Assembly: GCA_963714095.1 (NCBI GenBank)
Contig: OY970230.1
Coordinates: 532,084 to 596,083 of the forward strand
Reading direction: 5' to 3'
Length of the DNA stretch: 64,000 nucleotides
Source: Candidatus Gottesmanbacteria bacterium
Lineage (GTDB): Bacteria; Patescibacteriota; Microgenomatia; UBA10105; UBA927
Below, piece by piece: positions 1 to 10,063 of this stretch. The translations under genes and the position numbers were made by a program. Numbering within the stretch: position 1 is the stretch's first letter; the number at the start of each line of letters is the position of its first letter. Under the pieces are notes generated by a model, which ran no database searches, was not told the origin of the DNA, and saw nothing but the letters and a program-made list of their open reading frames with translations.

Positions 1-670
1 TACCGATCCGGAAATAAAACGGAAAACCATCGGAAAACTTTATATAGATATTTTCCAGGAACAGGCAATAAAACACAAAGACGCAGTATTTTTGGGCCAA
101 GGGACAATTTATTCCGACGTCATCGAATCCAAAGGAAGTAAACATGCCTCCCATATAAAATCCCATCACAACGTCGGAGGGCTTCCCGCATCATTACACT
201 TAAAACTTATTGAACCTCTGAGACATCTCTATAAAGACGAAGTTCGCGGGATTGGACGGCGTGCAGGGTTGCCGGAGGAAATCATTCTCACACACCCGTT
301 CCCGGGCCCCGGGTTTGCCATCCGCATCCGGGGAGAAGTCACTCAGGTGCGGTTGGCACAGGTGAAAATCGCCGACGCAATCGTTATGGAGGAAATAAAA
401 AGAGCTGGATTGTATGATAAAGTTTTTCAGTGTTTTGCCGTCATGACCGGTGCGTACTCAACTGCAGTCAAAGGCGACGGCCGGGTGTTTGCCGAAGTTG
501 TCGCCGTCCGCGCATACGAATCGCGAGATATTATGACCAGCCAGTGGGCGCGCATCCCCTACGACGTACTCGGAGTAATATCCTCGCGGATTGTGAACGA
601 AGTCCCCAATATTTCCCGAGTTGTTTTTGATATCACCACCAAACCCCCTGCAACAATGGAGTGGGAATAA
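1..670 (+). CDS. guaA: GMP synthase (glutamine-hydrolysing), C-terminal ATP-pyrophosphatase/dimerisation region; 5' end outside window
   Basis: In-frame translation from nt 2 reads [22 protein letters not shown]...[12 protein letters not shown]...[27 protein letters not shown]...PPATMEWE, the typical GuaA C-terminus; ORF-track entry 92..670 is just the internal-Met remainder. Confidence 0.85.
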   Translation, partial: TDPEIKRKTIGKLYIDIFQEQAIKHKDAVFLGQGTIYSDVIESKGSKHASHIKSHHNVGGLPASLHLKLIEPLRHLYKDEVRGIGRRAGLPEEIILTHPFPGPGFAIRIRGEVTQVRLAQVKIADAIVMEEIKRAGLYDKVFQCFAVMTGAYSTAVKGDGRVFAEVVAVRAYESRDIMTSQWARIPYDVLGVISSRIVNEVPNISRVVFDITTKPPATMEWE

Positions 671-672
671 AA

Positions 673-2157
673 TTACTGCGGCTTATTAAGAACTACCGGT
701 TTGAGACGACTCATGGCTTCCAAAGAATACCGCACGCCCTGCGCGCCGATGCCGGAATGCTTGACGCCGAGAAACGGAAAATGATCAGGTCCGCGCTGCG
801 GCGAACCGTTTATCTGCACCGTTCCGACGTTTAACGATCTGGCAAACACAATCCCCGTCCCTTCATCTTTGGTAAACACACAGGCCTGCAAACCAAACCG
901 TGTCGCATTGATAATAGATGCTGCATCTCCCATACTTTTTATTTCAATAAACGAAACAACCGGCCCAAATACTTCATTAACGATAACCGGCATCGTCGGC
1001 GTGACATTGGTTAAGAGTGTTGGCTGAATATAGGCACTTTCGTGTGTACCACCCGTAATAATTTTTGCCCCCATATGAATAGACTCATCAATCCATCCCT
1101 GAATTTTCTGGGCAATCGCAGGAGCGATAACGGGTCCCACAAGTTTTGTTTCGGGACTCCTGGGATCTCCGACGTGAATAAGTTCTTTCATTTGGGTAAG
1201 AACAACTGGTATAAGTTCGTCCAGAACTCCGCGAGTCGCCATAACATATTTAATCGCGGTACAACGCTGTCCCGCATACGAAAACCCGCCTTTGACAATT
1301 TCTTTTGCCGTTAGATTCATGTCCGCATCAGGAAATACGACTGTCCCGTTATTCCCGCCGCATTCAAACAAGAGTGGTTTCATCGGCGCTTTTCCGGCTA
1401 TGGCGATTCCGGTATCGGAACTTCCGGTAAACGCAACAGCATCGATATGCTTATGGGAAACTAAATAATCCCCGATCTCCGACCCGCCTCCGGTCACGCA
1501 GGAAAACACATCGGGCGGAACGCCTGCTTTTTCAAAAATTCTCGCAAGATGAAGTCCGCTCACGCCTCCTTGTGTCGGCGGCTTAAACAGCACCGTATTG
1601 CCCATGAGAAGCGCCGGCACGATTTTACTGGCTGCAAGATTGACGGGGTAATTAAACGGCGCAATACAAAGGACAACGCCGTGGGCAACGCGCTCAACCA
1701 TCGCAATACTCCCCTTGTCATAACCGGGAAAATCATCGCTATTGATTGTTTCACCGTGGATTGACTGTACTTCATCGGCAAAATAATCCGTAAGCTCCGC
1801 GGTCCGTACGATTTCGCTTTTGGATTCTCCCACTGATTTCCCTATCTCGCGGACTAACAGCGTTGTAAGATATTCTTCGTAATGCCTCACCCAATCGGCA
1901 ACAAGGTGCATTATTTTCACCCGCTGATTGAGGGGTTTTGCCTCCCATGCCGGCTGGGCGACTTTTAACTTTGTCAGTATTTCATCAATTTCCGCCGTAG
2001 TTGCAGTTATCAGATTTCCGACGACACTTTGATCAATGGGAGACACAACAGGTGTCGTTTTATTACTAGCTCCCGCGACCCAGGCAGATCCGTTAAAAAA
2101 ATTATATGTCGGTGGAGTCTTGGTATCGGATAGTGGTTCAAAAAATTCTTCGGGCAT
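673..2157 (-). CDS. aldehyde dehydrogenase family protein, GapN-like non-phosphorylating NAD(P)-dependent dehydrogenase
   Basis: 494 aa; ALDH motifs FECGGNNG (ELGG-like) and catalytic-Cys motif AGQRCTA; NAD-binding GxGxxG-like FTGSSDTG. Confidence 0.8.
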   Translation of the reverse strand: MPEEFFEPLSDTKTPPTYNFFNGSAWVAGASNKTTPVVSPIDQSVVGNLITATTAEIDEILTKLKVAQPAWEAKPLNQRVKIMHLVADWVRHYEEYLTTLLVREIGKSVGESKSEIVRTAELTDYFADEVQSIHGETINSDDFPGYDKGSIAMVERVAHGVVLCIAPFNYPVNLAASKIVPALLMGNTVLFKPPTQGGVSGLHLARIFEKAGVPPDVFSCVTGGGSEIGDYLVSHKHIDAVAFTGSSDTGIAIAGKAPMKPLLFECGGNNGTVVFPDADMNLTAKEIVKGGFSYAGQRCTAIKYVMATRGVLDELIPVVLTQMKELIHVGDPRSPETKLVGPVIAPAIAQKIQGWIDESIHMGAKIITGGTHESAYIQPTLLTNVTPTMPVIVNEVFGPVVSFIEIKSMGDAASIINATRFGLQACVFTKDEGTGIVFARSLNVGTVQINGSPQRGPDHFPFLGVKHSGIGAQGVRYSLEAMSRLKPVVLNKPQ

Positions 2158-2166
2158 GTATATCCA

Positions 2167-2898
2167 TCATATCACGATCCGTTTCACCAAACACGCTGAC
2201 ATGGAGTCCGTGCTACCTGCGGCTTTGGCAGTTTCGATAAGCGAATCGACTGCGATTTGCAGGGATTCTGTGGTCGTTCCGACGTCTTCTAAAATTGCGC
2301 GCATCTCATCTTCGCTGACAAAATTTGCAATGCTATCACTGGCAATAAGAATAATATCGTTTTCCAATAATTTTTCAGAGTGCATTGAAGGAATAAGTTG
2401 TTTCCGGGAAAATCCGGCAGCTTTGGTGATCATCCCGTCACTATCGACATCACGTTTTGTAAGAATATCGATAAGCCCGTCGCGAAAAAGAAAGCTGTTG
2501 CAGTTTCCGGCCGAACCGATCCAAAAATAGTCGTCAATAACGATAAGTACTGTGATTGCCGATGCCAGCCCCGCATCAAATCCCTTGTCACGGCGTTTTT
2601 GCCAAAGCCTGAGATTTGTTGAACGGAAAATGCGTTTGAGGAATAATGGTTTTTCTCTCCAGTAAAATCGGCGCTGACGGACCATAGTGTACGCCCAGAG
2701 CGCCGTCTCCCGGGTTAATTGCTCCGCAATGCCTGCATGCGGCAAACTTGCGACGCCGTCGGCAATAATGAAGCACTCGTCTTGCGAGTGAACGAAATCC
2801 CCGCCGGCAAACAGGGTAACGCCTTTTGGCTTCGCCTGCGGGGGTTTAACAAAAAAATCATCTGGTTTCATGCGTTTGTCATTCATTATACAACACAA
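2167..2898 (-). CDS. PP2C-family (PPM) serine/threonine protein phosphatase
   Basis: 243 aa; metal-binding Asp-rich blocks IIADGVASLPHAG, VIDDYFWIGSAGNCNSFLFRDG, LIASDSI typical of PPM/SpoIIE-like phosphatases. Confidence 0.6.
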   Translation of the reverse strand: MCCIMNDKRMKPDDFFVKPPQAKPKGVTLFAGGDFVHSQDECFIIADGVASLPHAGIAEQLTRETALWAYTMVRQRRFYWREKPLFLKRIFRSTNLRLWQKRRDKGFDAGLASAITVLIVIDDYFWIGSAGNCNSFLFRDGLIDILTKRDVDSDGMITKAAGFSRKQLIPSMHSEKLLENDIILIASDSIANFVSEDEMRAILEDVGTTTESLQIAVDSLIETAKAAGSTDSMSACLVKRIVI

Positions 2899-2926
2899 AT
2901 CTCTCTATTCTTGATATAATGAACCC

Positions 2927-5161
2927 ATGGACAATCCGGTCATTTCATGGCTAAAACAACGGGTAAAGGTCGTCCCGAAATCCCGCAAAAAATTTCCTCG
3001 GTACGCATGGGCGTTCTGGGCCCTACCTATTCTTCTTGTGGTGGCATCATATCTGTTGATTTTCAAGGACCTCCCGTCCCCGGCAAAACTGGCCCAATAC
3101 AATATCCCCATCGCGACCAAAATTTACGACCGGAACGGAAAACTTTTGTTTGACATATTTGCCGACCAAAACCGCTCACCCGTACCGCTTTCGGAAATTC
3201 CCAAATACCTGCAGGAGGCAACGATTTCCATTGAAGATAAAGACTTCTATAAACATCAGGGAATCAACTTTGTCGGAGGAATCCTCCGCGCGCTTGCGGC
3301 AGACGTGACCCACGGAGAACTCCAGGGCGGTTCTACCATAACCCAGCAACTGGTGAAGTCGGAACTGCTCTCACCGGAACGCACGGTCACACGGAAAATT
3401 AAGGAGATCATCCTCGCATTTTGGGTGGAAGCGCTGTACCCCAAAGATAAAATACTTGAAATGTATTTAAACCAGGTTCCCTACGGCGGTACAGCCTGGG
3501 GCGTACAGTCAGCTGCCGAACAGTATTTCGGCAAAAATGTTGATGAGTTGACGCTTGCCGAATGCGCACTTCTTGCCGGACTTCCGCAGGCGCCGACATC
3601 TTACTCTCCGTTCGGAGCACATCCCGAACTGGCAATAACGAGACAAAAAGAGGTCCTCACGCGCATGGTGGAAGACAAGTATATTACCCAACAACAGGCA
3701 GACGCGGCGGCGGCCCAGCCTCTTGTGTATAAAAACGAAACCGGCATCAAGGCCCCGCATTTTGTCATGTACGTAAAAGAACAGTTGGTTGACAAATACG
3801 GGGAAGCGATGGTGGCAAAAGGAGGGTTAAAAGTCACAACCACACTGGATCTGGACCTTCAGGAGTATGCCGAGGCAACGGTTGCCGCAGAGGTTGCGAA
3901 ATTAAAAAACTATCAGGTTTCAAACGGAGCTGCACTCATTACAAAACCCGCAACCGGCGAAATACTTGCGATGGTCGGTTCTGCCGACTATTTTGCGTCA
4001 CCGTCGGGTAACTTTAATGTCGTTACCGCACTTCGCCAACCGGGGTCCAGCATTAAACCCATCAACTATGCAATCGGTTTGGAAAAGCATATTGTAACGC
4101 CGGCAACGATGTTTATTGACGAACCGACCTGCTTCGGCAACAGTATCGGACAACCTCTCTACTGCCCCGTCAATTATGACGGAAAATTCCACGGTCCGGT
4201 ACAGCTGCGTATGGCCCTGGGCAACTCATTTAATATTCCCGCAGTCAAAATGCTCTATATGAATACCGTTCAGGATATGGTGGCATCCGCCAGCGCTTTT
4301 GGTCTCACGACACTCACGGACCCGACACGGTACGGACTCTCTCTTACCCTGGGCGGCGGCGAGGTTCACATGACCGATATGGCAACGGCATTCGGGGTAT
4401 TTGCCAACGGTGGCATCCTGCATGATCTCGTATCTATTCTTAAAGTCGTGGATAAAAACGGCAACACGCTGGAAGAATACAAAGATTCCAATTTAAATAA
4501 AGACATTCCGTCACAACTTCTTATGAGCGGACCGCGTGTTATTTCACAGGAGACGGCATTCCTCATCTCCCATATACTTCTGGATAATAATGCGCGCCAG
4601 CAGGAATTCGGTCCCGACTCAGAGCTCTATATCCCCAACCGCGCCGTATCGGTAAAAACCGGAACCACGAACGATCTTCGGGACAACTGGACCATCGGGT
4701 TTACGCCGCTGGTACTTGTCGCCACCTGGGTGGGTAACAACGATAACACACCGATGAATCCGTATCTTGTATCAGGCATCACCGGCGCCGCTCCCATCTG
4801 GCATGACCTTATGGTGCGGGCCATGCAGGGAGAACCGGATATTTGGCCCAAACAGCCCGACGGCATAGTCGGGGCGCAGATTTGCGCAATAAGCGGTCTG
4901 TTGCCTCCCAATCCGGATCCCAACGCCGGTGATAAAGGGTGCCAAACGCGGTTTGAATATTTTATTAAAGGTACGGTTCCCACCGAACGCGAACAGCTTT
5001 CACAGCAGGTACTTATCGATAAAACGACCGGAGACTTAGCCGCTCCGGGTCAAACGGATAATGTGGAAATGCAGACACATCAGGTAGTACATGATCCTGT
5101 TTCTGCATGGTGCCTGGACTGCCCACACCCCGCCGGCGAACCGCCGACACTTCTTAAGTAA
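2927..5161 (+). CDS. class A penicillin-binding protein (PBP1A-type bifunctional glycosyltransferase GT51 / transpeptidase)
   Basis: 744 aa; N-terminal TM; GT51 motifs EDKDFYKHQGINF and GGSTITQQL; transpeptidase SxxK (QPGSSIKP), KTG (SVKTGTTN); TATAAT 9-14 nt upstream of ATG. Confidence 0.9.
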   Translation: MDNPVISWLKQRVKVVPKSRKKFPRYAWAFWALPILLVVASYLLIFKDLPSPAKLAQYNIPIATKIYDRNGKLLFDIFADQNRSPVPLSEIPKYLQEATISIEDKDFYKHQGINFVGGILRALAADVTHGELQGGSTITQQLVKSELLSPERTVTRKIKEIILAFWVEALYPKDKILEMYLNQVPYGGTAWGVQSAAEQYFGKNVDELTLAECALLAGLPQAPTSYSPFGAHPELAITRQKEVLTRMVEDKYITQQQADAAAAQPLVYKNETGIKAPHFVMYVKEQLVDKYGEAMVAKGGLKVTTTLDLDLQEYAEATVAAEVAKLKNYQVSNGAALITKPATGEILAMVGSADYFASPSGNFNVVTALRQPGSSIKPINYAIGLEKHIVTPATMFIDEPTCFGNSIGQPLYCPVNYDGKFHGPVQLRMALGNSFNIPAVKMLYMNTVQDMVASASAFGLTTLTDPTRYGLSLTLGGGEVHMTDMATAFGVFANGGILHDLVSILKVVDKNGNTLEEYKDSNLNKDIPSQLLMSGPRVISQETAFLISHILLDNNARQQEFGPDSELYIPNRAVSVKTGTTNDLRDNWTIGFTPLVLVATWVGNNDNTPMNPYLVSGITGAAPIWHDLMVRAMQGEPDIWPKQPDGIVGAQICAISGLLPPNPDPNAGDKGCQTRFEYFIKGTVPTEREQLSQQVLIDKTTGDLAAPGQTDNVEMQTHQVVHDPVSAWCLDCPHPAGEPPTLLK

Positions 5162-5172
5162 TTTCTTTCCCC

Positions 5173-7557
5173 TTGTCTGACGGCTGGCATTTGTGGTATA
5201 ACTCACCCACTATGGCGCGCCAGAAAGAGCTAAACATAAATACCCCACTGAGGGAGGTTACATTTATCGGACTTTTGCTGTTTATTCCCCGCGTGTTGAT
5301 CGCGATCGGCGACGCAGTACGATTCATTGCTTCTCTCGTATTTCATATTCTTGCAACAACAATAATCACCATCGGCATTGTCATCCGACAGTCGCTTCGG
5401 GCGCTCAAGCCGCCGAAAAAGAAAAAAACAGTAAAGCTCCCGATTATAAAACTCCCGACAATTGTGCTGCCAAAAATACATTTCCCAAAGATTGTATTTC
5501 CGAAACTCCATTTCCCTAAATTACCGAAATTCAAAAAACGGTGGACGAAGCTTCCACCTCCGCCTGTCGTCATCAGGGTATGGCCGACCAAAATGGAACG
5601 TATCAAATCCTTTATCGCCGGCGCATGCGTAACCGTGTTGTTTTTTATTCTTCCGTACAATACCTACCAGTGGCTGAAAGCCCTCCCGAACCCGCAGCTC
5701 CTGACCCGACGCGACCTTGAGGTAACCACAAAAATTTTCGACCGCAACGGGGTACTCTTATACGAGATTTATAACGACCAAAACCGTACACCCCTGTCGC
5801 TTTCTCAAATTCCAAAACTCATGCAGGAAGCAACGATTTCAATAGAAGATAAAGACTTCTATAAACATCCGGGTTTTTCCGTCACCGGTATTATCCGGGC
5901 AACACGGGAAACACTACTGGATAACCAGGTGCAGGGAGGCTCTACTATTACGCAACAACTGATTAAATCTGCGTTACTATCACCAGAAATTAGCATCACC
6001 AGAAAGGTGAAAGAAATCATTCTTGCGTTTTGGGCGGAGCGGATTTATTCCAAAAACCAGATTCTAGAAATGTACTTAAACCAGGTCCCCTACGGCGGCA
6101 CCGCTTGGGGGGTAGAGGCAGCCGCTCAGACATATTTCGGCACATCTGTAACAAAACTCAATTTGGCACAAATTGCCATTCTTGCGGGGCTTCCGGCTGC
6201 TCCAACGGAATATTCACCGTTTGGCAGCCACCCGGAAAAAGCATTCGAACGCCAGAAAGAGGTACTCCGAAGAATGACAGAGGATCACTATATCACGCCA
6301 CAGCAGGAACAAGAGGCGCTCGCGACGCCCATTCAGTTTACAACCCCCCGAGTACCGCTTTTGGCACCACATTTTGTCATGTACGTGAAGGATTTACTCG
6401 AAGAACAGTACGGGCCACGCCTTGTTGAACAAGGGGGCTTACGTATCACCACGTCGCTGGACATTACGATGCAGGAAAAAGCGGAAGCTATTGTGAAAAC
6501 TCAGGTAGATTCGCTTACAAGCCTGTCGGTGGGAAACGGCGCGGCACTGGTCACCAATCCGAAAACCGGTGAAATACTAGCCATGGTCGGCAGTAAAAAT
6601 TACTTTGACGTTGCCAATGACGGCAACGTTAACGTAACGACTTCACTTCGCCAACCCGGGTCAAGCATTAAAGTGGTCAACTACGCAGCGGCACTGGAAA
6701 ACGGATTCACCGCGGCAAGCATTCTTGACGATTCTCCCGTTGTCTACCAACTACCCGGCAGCACGCCGTATGCACCAGTCAACTACGACGGAAAATTCCA
6801 CGGCCTCGTGCCTCTCCGGTATGCACTTGGGAATTCCTATAACGTTCCGGCCGTCAAAACGCTGGCCAAAATTGGTGTCGCGACGATGGTTGAGAAGGGG
6901 CGCGCGATGGGTATTACCTCCTGGACGGATCCGAGCCGGTTCGGACTCTCGCTCACTTTGGGGGGCGGAGACGTCACAATGATGGATATGGCGCGGGTAT
7001 TCGGAACACTCGCCAACGGCGGCCAGGAAATAGAACTCCAGCCGATTTTGGAAGTCACCGACTATACCGGGCATGTATTGGAAAAAAATACGCCGAAACA
7101 AGGCGCGCAGGCTGTTAAACCGGGAGTTGCATGGATTATGAGTAATATTTTGAGTGACAACACGGCACGCATGTCGGCATTCGGTCCCAACTCAAGCCTG
7201 GTCATTCCCGGAAAAACAGTTTCAGTGAAAACCGGAACGACTGACAGTAAACGCGATAATTGGACCATCGGGTACACGCCGTCACTCCTCACCGCAGTCT
7301 GGGTGGGAAACAATAACAATGCCCCGATGGATCCCCTCCTCACGTCGGGGATTACGGGAGCCGCGCCAATCTGGCATGACATCATGACGGAATTTTTGAA
7401 AGACAAACCCGATGAAGTGCCGCCAAAACCGGACGATGTGATTTCCATTCCCTGCTACTTTAACCGACCCGAATATTTCATCAAAGGAACCGAACCCATG
7501 AATGGTTCGTGTGCACCGATCCCAACACCAACGCCGAGCCCTAGTCCAACACCGTGA
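5173..7557 (+). CDS. second class A PBP1A paralogue with ~150-aa N-terminal extension (two TM segments flanking a basic KLP/FPK repeat) and PT-rich C-terminal tail
   Basis: 794 aa; EDKDFYKHPGF, GGSTITQQL, QPGSSIKV, SVKTGTTD motifs; ~47% identity by eye to upstream PBP over catalytic regions; repeat KLPIIKLPTIVLPKIHFPKIVFPKLHFPKLPKF; start may be at internal Met (5212). Confidence 0.85.
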   Translation: MSDGWHLWYNSPTMARQKELNINTPLREVTFIGLLLFIPRVLIAIGDAVRFIASLVFHILATTIITIGIVIRQSLRALKPPKKKKTVKLPIIKLPTIVLPKIHFPKIVFPKLHFPKLPKFKKRWTKLPPPPVVIRVWPTKMERIKSFIAGACVTVLFFILPYNTYQWLKALPNPQLLTRRDLEVTTKIFDRNGVLLYEIYNDQNRTPLSLSQIPKLMQEATISIEDKDFYKHPGFSVTGIIRATRETLLDNQVQGGSTITQQLIKSALLSPEISITRKVKEIILAFWAERIYSKNQILEMYLNQVPYGGTAWGVEAAAQTYFGTSVTKLNLAQIAILAGLPAAPTEYSPFGSHPEKAFERQKEVLRRMTEDHYITPQQEQEALATPIQFTTPRVPLLAPHFVMYVKDLLEEQYGPRLVEQGGLRITTSLDITMQEKAEAIVKTQVDSLTSLSVGNGAALVTNPKTGEILAMVGSKNYFDVANDGNVNVTTSLRQPGSSIKVVNYAAALENGFTAASILDDSPVVYQLPGSTPYAPVNYDGKFHGLVPLRYALGNSYNVPAVKTLAKIGVATMVEKGRAMGITSWTDPSRFGLSLTLGGGDVTMMDMARVFGTLANGGQEIELQPILEVTDYTGHVLEKNTPKQGAQAVKPGVAWIMSNILSDNTARMSAFGPNSSLVIPGKTVSVKTGTTDSKRDNWTIGYTPSLLTAVWVGNNNNAPMDPLLTSGITGAAPIWHDIMTEFLKDKPDEVPPKPDDVISIPCYFNRPEYFIKGTEPMNGSCAPIPTPTPSPSPTP

Positions 7558-7566
7558 CCAGCGGTA

Positions 7567-8016
7567 TTATTTTATAACTACGACTTTCCCCTTAACTGCA
7601 GGATTCAAGTGGTTGTCATAAATCCAAGTCCCGACTTTCACAAACGTATATTCATACGTCCCGCCACTGGTGACACTCGTATCCTCATTAAATACGGACG
7701 ATTCTACCCACATCGGACTGCTGCCTTCATTTACAAACGTTACCGTAGCTCCTGCCTTCACCGTTACAGGACTCGGGGAAAATCCTTTATCCGTAAACGT
7801 CACAATAGTGCGTGCGGCAACACCGCCTTTTTCCAGACCATTCCCTGAAACACCTGAAGCCGCCCCGGCCGCTCCTAAGTGAGAACCTGAGGGTGTCGGT
7901 GTTGCCTGTATGGTTTGATTGACGGATACCGGCAGGATTTTCCCTTTGAAATAAACCCAACCGATCAGCGCTCCCGCTGCAAGTACCACTAAACCAATAA
8001 ATACTTTATTATTCAT
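7567..8016 (-). CDS. membrane-anchored cupredoxin-fold (PF13473-like) domain protein, apparently without the Cys copper ligand
   Basis: 149 aa; N-terminal TM helix; C-terminal beta-rich block TVTFTDKGFSPSPVTVKAGATVTFVNEGSSPMWVES...GTYEYTF.KVGTW.Y.....P.KGKVVV. Confidence 0.4.
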   Translation of the reverse strand: MNNKVFIGLVVLAAGALIGWVYFKGKILPVSVNQTIQATPTPSGSHLGAAGAASGVSGNGLEKGGVAARTIVTFTDKGFSPSPVTVKAGATVTFVNEGSSPMWVESSVFNEDTSVTSGGTYEYTFVKVGTWIYDNHLNPAVKGKVVVIK

Positions 8017-8029
8017 GTTTCACCTCCCC

Positions 8030-8500
8030 TCACGTATATCTATCTGCTACTTTACTGGCCGCGTAACTTTCCGGTTTAATTTTCACCCGATATCCCGATC
8101 CGCGGATCATGCCGACAATTTCATTAATCATATCATGCGTATCGCCGAATTTGCCGATATCCACATGGATTTCCACATCATATTTTGTGATACCGTCGCG
8201 GCAAAGAAGCGCCAATACCGTTTCCGCCATCTCCAGAGACATGGTCGCCTCCTCATACATCCGATCACGAAGTACATATTTCCGTTTATTCACGATCCGT
8301 TTCCAAAAATAGATACCGCCGATCCCCACACGATGAATGACAATTGCCGTAACAAAATCCACGCCTGACCCGTTATGCGGCTGGGAATCCGTCCCGACAA
8401 CAAGCTCATATGTCCTTTTGGGATCTTTTGAGAGAAACTCAAGAATTTTTTCCCTGACTTGGGTCAGCTCAAGCTCCCCGAATGTAGGGCTTTGGAACAT
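8030..8500 (-). CDS. hypothetical protein, possibly YkuK/DUF458-like RNase H-fold family
   Basis: 156 aa cytoplasmic; GTDSQ...VTAIVIHR pattern; family assignment from memory only. Confidence 0.35.
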   Translation of the reverse strand: MFQSPTFGELELTQVREKILEFLSKDPKRTYELVVGTDSQPHNGSGVDFVTAIVIHRVGIGGIYFWKRIVNKRKYVLRDRMYEEATMSLEMAETVLALLCRDGITKYDVEIHVDIGKFGDTHDMINEIVGMIRGSGYRVKIKPESYAASKVADRYT

Positions 8501-8567
8501 AAGGATGCTATTATACCAAAAACCCCGCTTTCGCGGGATTTTTGGTAATAATTGTAATTTCTTACGA

Positions 8568-8834
8568 TTACTGTTGCGGTCGCTCTTCGCGGGGACGTGC
8601 TTCGTTTACGACCAAAGCCCGGCCTTCGATATCTTTGCCATTGAACATTTCAATAGCTTTCTTCGATTCCTCTTCGGATGCCATTTCGACAAATCCAAAG
8701 CCTCGTGATCGTCCTGAATATTTATCAGAGATCACTTTCGCGCTGGTGACTGTTCCTGCTGCAGCAAAAAGCTGTGACAGTTTGTCATTATCCATCGCAT
8801 AGGGAAGATTCCCTACAAACAAATTAGTTGCCAT
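8568..8834 (-). CDS. RNA-binding protein with single RRM domain
   Basis: 88 aa; RNP-2 LFVGNL and RNP-1 RGFGFVEM; AAGGAG RBS 6 nt upstream of ATG on minus strand. Confidence 0.85.
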   Translation of the reverse strand: MATNLFVGNLPYAMDNDKLSQLFAAAGTVTSAKVISDKYSGRSRGFGFVEMASEEESKKAIEMFNGKDIEGRALVVNEARPREERPQQ

Positions 8835-8969
8835 ATGGGACTCCTTTCTCCTTAGGACTTAAAGGTGAGATATCTCGCCTAAAGAGAAAGTCAAGAGGTT
8901 TAATTCTCACTTTCACAGGACGGTTCCACACTTCTTTCCTAGGTCATGGATAGTATACCACATTGAGGG

Positions 8970-9557
8970 CTATTGGACAACTTCTTCCTCGTCCACCGAG
9001 TCGGAACCGGCAGAGGTATTGGCGGGCGCGCTGGTATCGGGCGTAAACGCAAAACTTTTAACAATGCCGTCCTCTACCATCTGCCAATAGGGTTTATCTG
9101 TGAGAGTGCCTTCAATTTTAAATACCAATCCTTCGCTTACCGCGCCGACGATAAGTTTCGCGCTCGGTGTACTTATCATAATTTTTGTTGCCGCCACACC
9201 ACCCAGCGTCGTATCAATACTCGTTCCACCCTTTGGCGGCCAGGCGGAAGACACGTCGCTTGCCCACACAATAATACTTCCGGAATGCGTCGCGCTTGTA
9301 AGTTCCACATGCGCATAATTTGCATTATCATCTTCATGAGGATTAACGGACAAATCTTTGGGATATTGGAATGAAAATCCTGCAGGGTCATTCCATGTCG
9401 TCATTTCGACCACGGGAGTCGATATCGGCTTTGGAGTCATTGCTTCACCTGGCGGGATTGCTTTTGAATTTTTTTGAGAATAGAAAAATATGCCCGATGA
9501 CGCGACCCCCACAACAACAATAATTCCCGTCACGATCCATAATTTCTTCATGCGCAT
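8970..9557 (-). CDS. hypothetical membrane-anchored extracytoplasmic protein
   Basis: 195 aa; N-terminal signal/TM (KKLWIVTGIIVVVGVASSGIFFY), acidic C-terminus. Confidence 0.4.
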   Translation of the reverse strand: MRMKKLWIVTGIIVVVGVASSGIFFYSQKNSKAIPPGEAMTPKPISTPVVEMTTWNDPAGFSFQYPKDLSVNPHEDDNANYAHVELTSATHSGSIIVWASDVSSAWPPKGGTSIDTTLGGVAATKIMISTPSAKLIVGAVSEGLVFKIEGTLTDKPYWQMVEDGIVKSFAFTPDTSAPANTSAGSDSVDEEEVVQ

Positions 9558-9653
9558 AGTATATCATGGTATACTAATGGCACGTTCATGCATATCTTCA
9601 TAGATATGAATGATTACGGTCATTTGTGTCGCATGTTAATGCGACCTATCGCC

Positions 9654-10058
9654 ATGAAACGGATTGCACTATTTTTCATTCTAATTTTTCTTGTTTTGAT
9701 ATCTGCAACAAATCATCCGGTATTTGCCCTCAAAAAACGCATCCGCGCCGCGCGTGCTGTCTATTCTTCCGCCAGGCTGTCACGGGATACCCACAGTATT
9801 GTCGCAACTTTTTACACGCTTGCCGGCGTTGCAAAGTTTGATTATGTCTTGAGTTACTCAGCAAACGGTATCCCGCAGGGTGTGGTCGGATCATTTGCGC
9901 CAAGCGGCACCAACGATTCGCGGGATCTGTATTTCGGCACCTGCAGTAAAGGCGTCTGTACACCACATTACGGCATTACCGATGCGTCCCTTACTGTCAC
10001 AGCAACGATGACCAGTGGCGCAACATACATCAAACGGTATATCATTAAAAATATCTAA
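9654..10058 (+). CDS. hypothetical secreted protein
   Basis: ORF 9588..10058; signal-peptide-like MKRIALFFILIFLVLISATNHPVFA begins at internal Met (9654). Confidence 0.4.
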   Translation: MKRIALFFILIFLVLISATNHPVFALKKRIRAARAVYSSARLSRDTHSIVATFYTLAGVAKFDYVLSYSANGIPQGVVGSFAPSGTNDSRDLYFGTCSKGVCTPHYGITDASLTVTATMTSGATYIKRYIIKNI

Positions 10059-10063
10059 TACCC

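Noticed and set aside
430-630. 66-aa + strand ORF in an alternative frame within guaA
   Set aside because: Arg/Cys-rich out-of-frame translation of a GC-rich conserved gene; spurious.
3256-4983. Several 60-120 aa minus-strand ORFs inside the first PBP gene; similar antisense ORFs occur inside PBP2, typA, clpC and the large membrane gene
   Set aside because: Fully embedded antisense to long, well-supported CDSs with conserved motifs; no RBS or homology, so chance ORFs.
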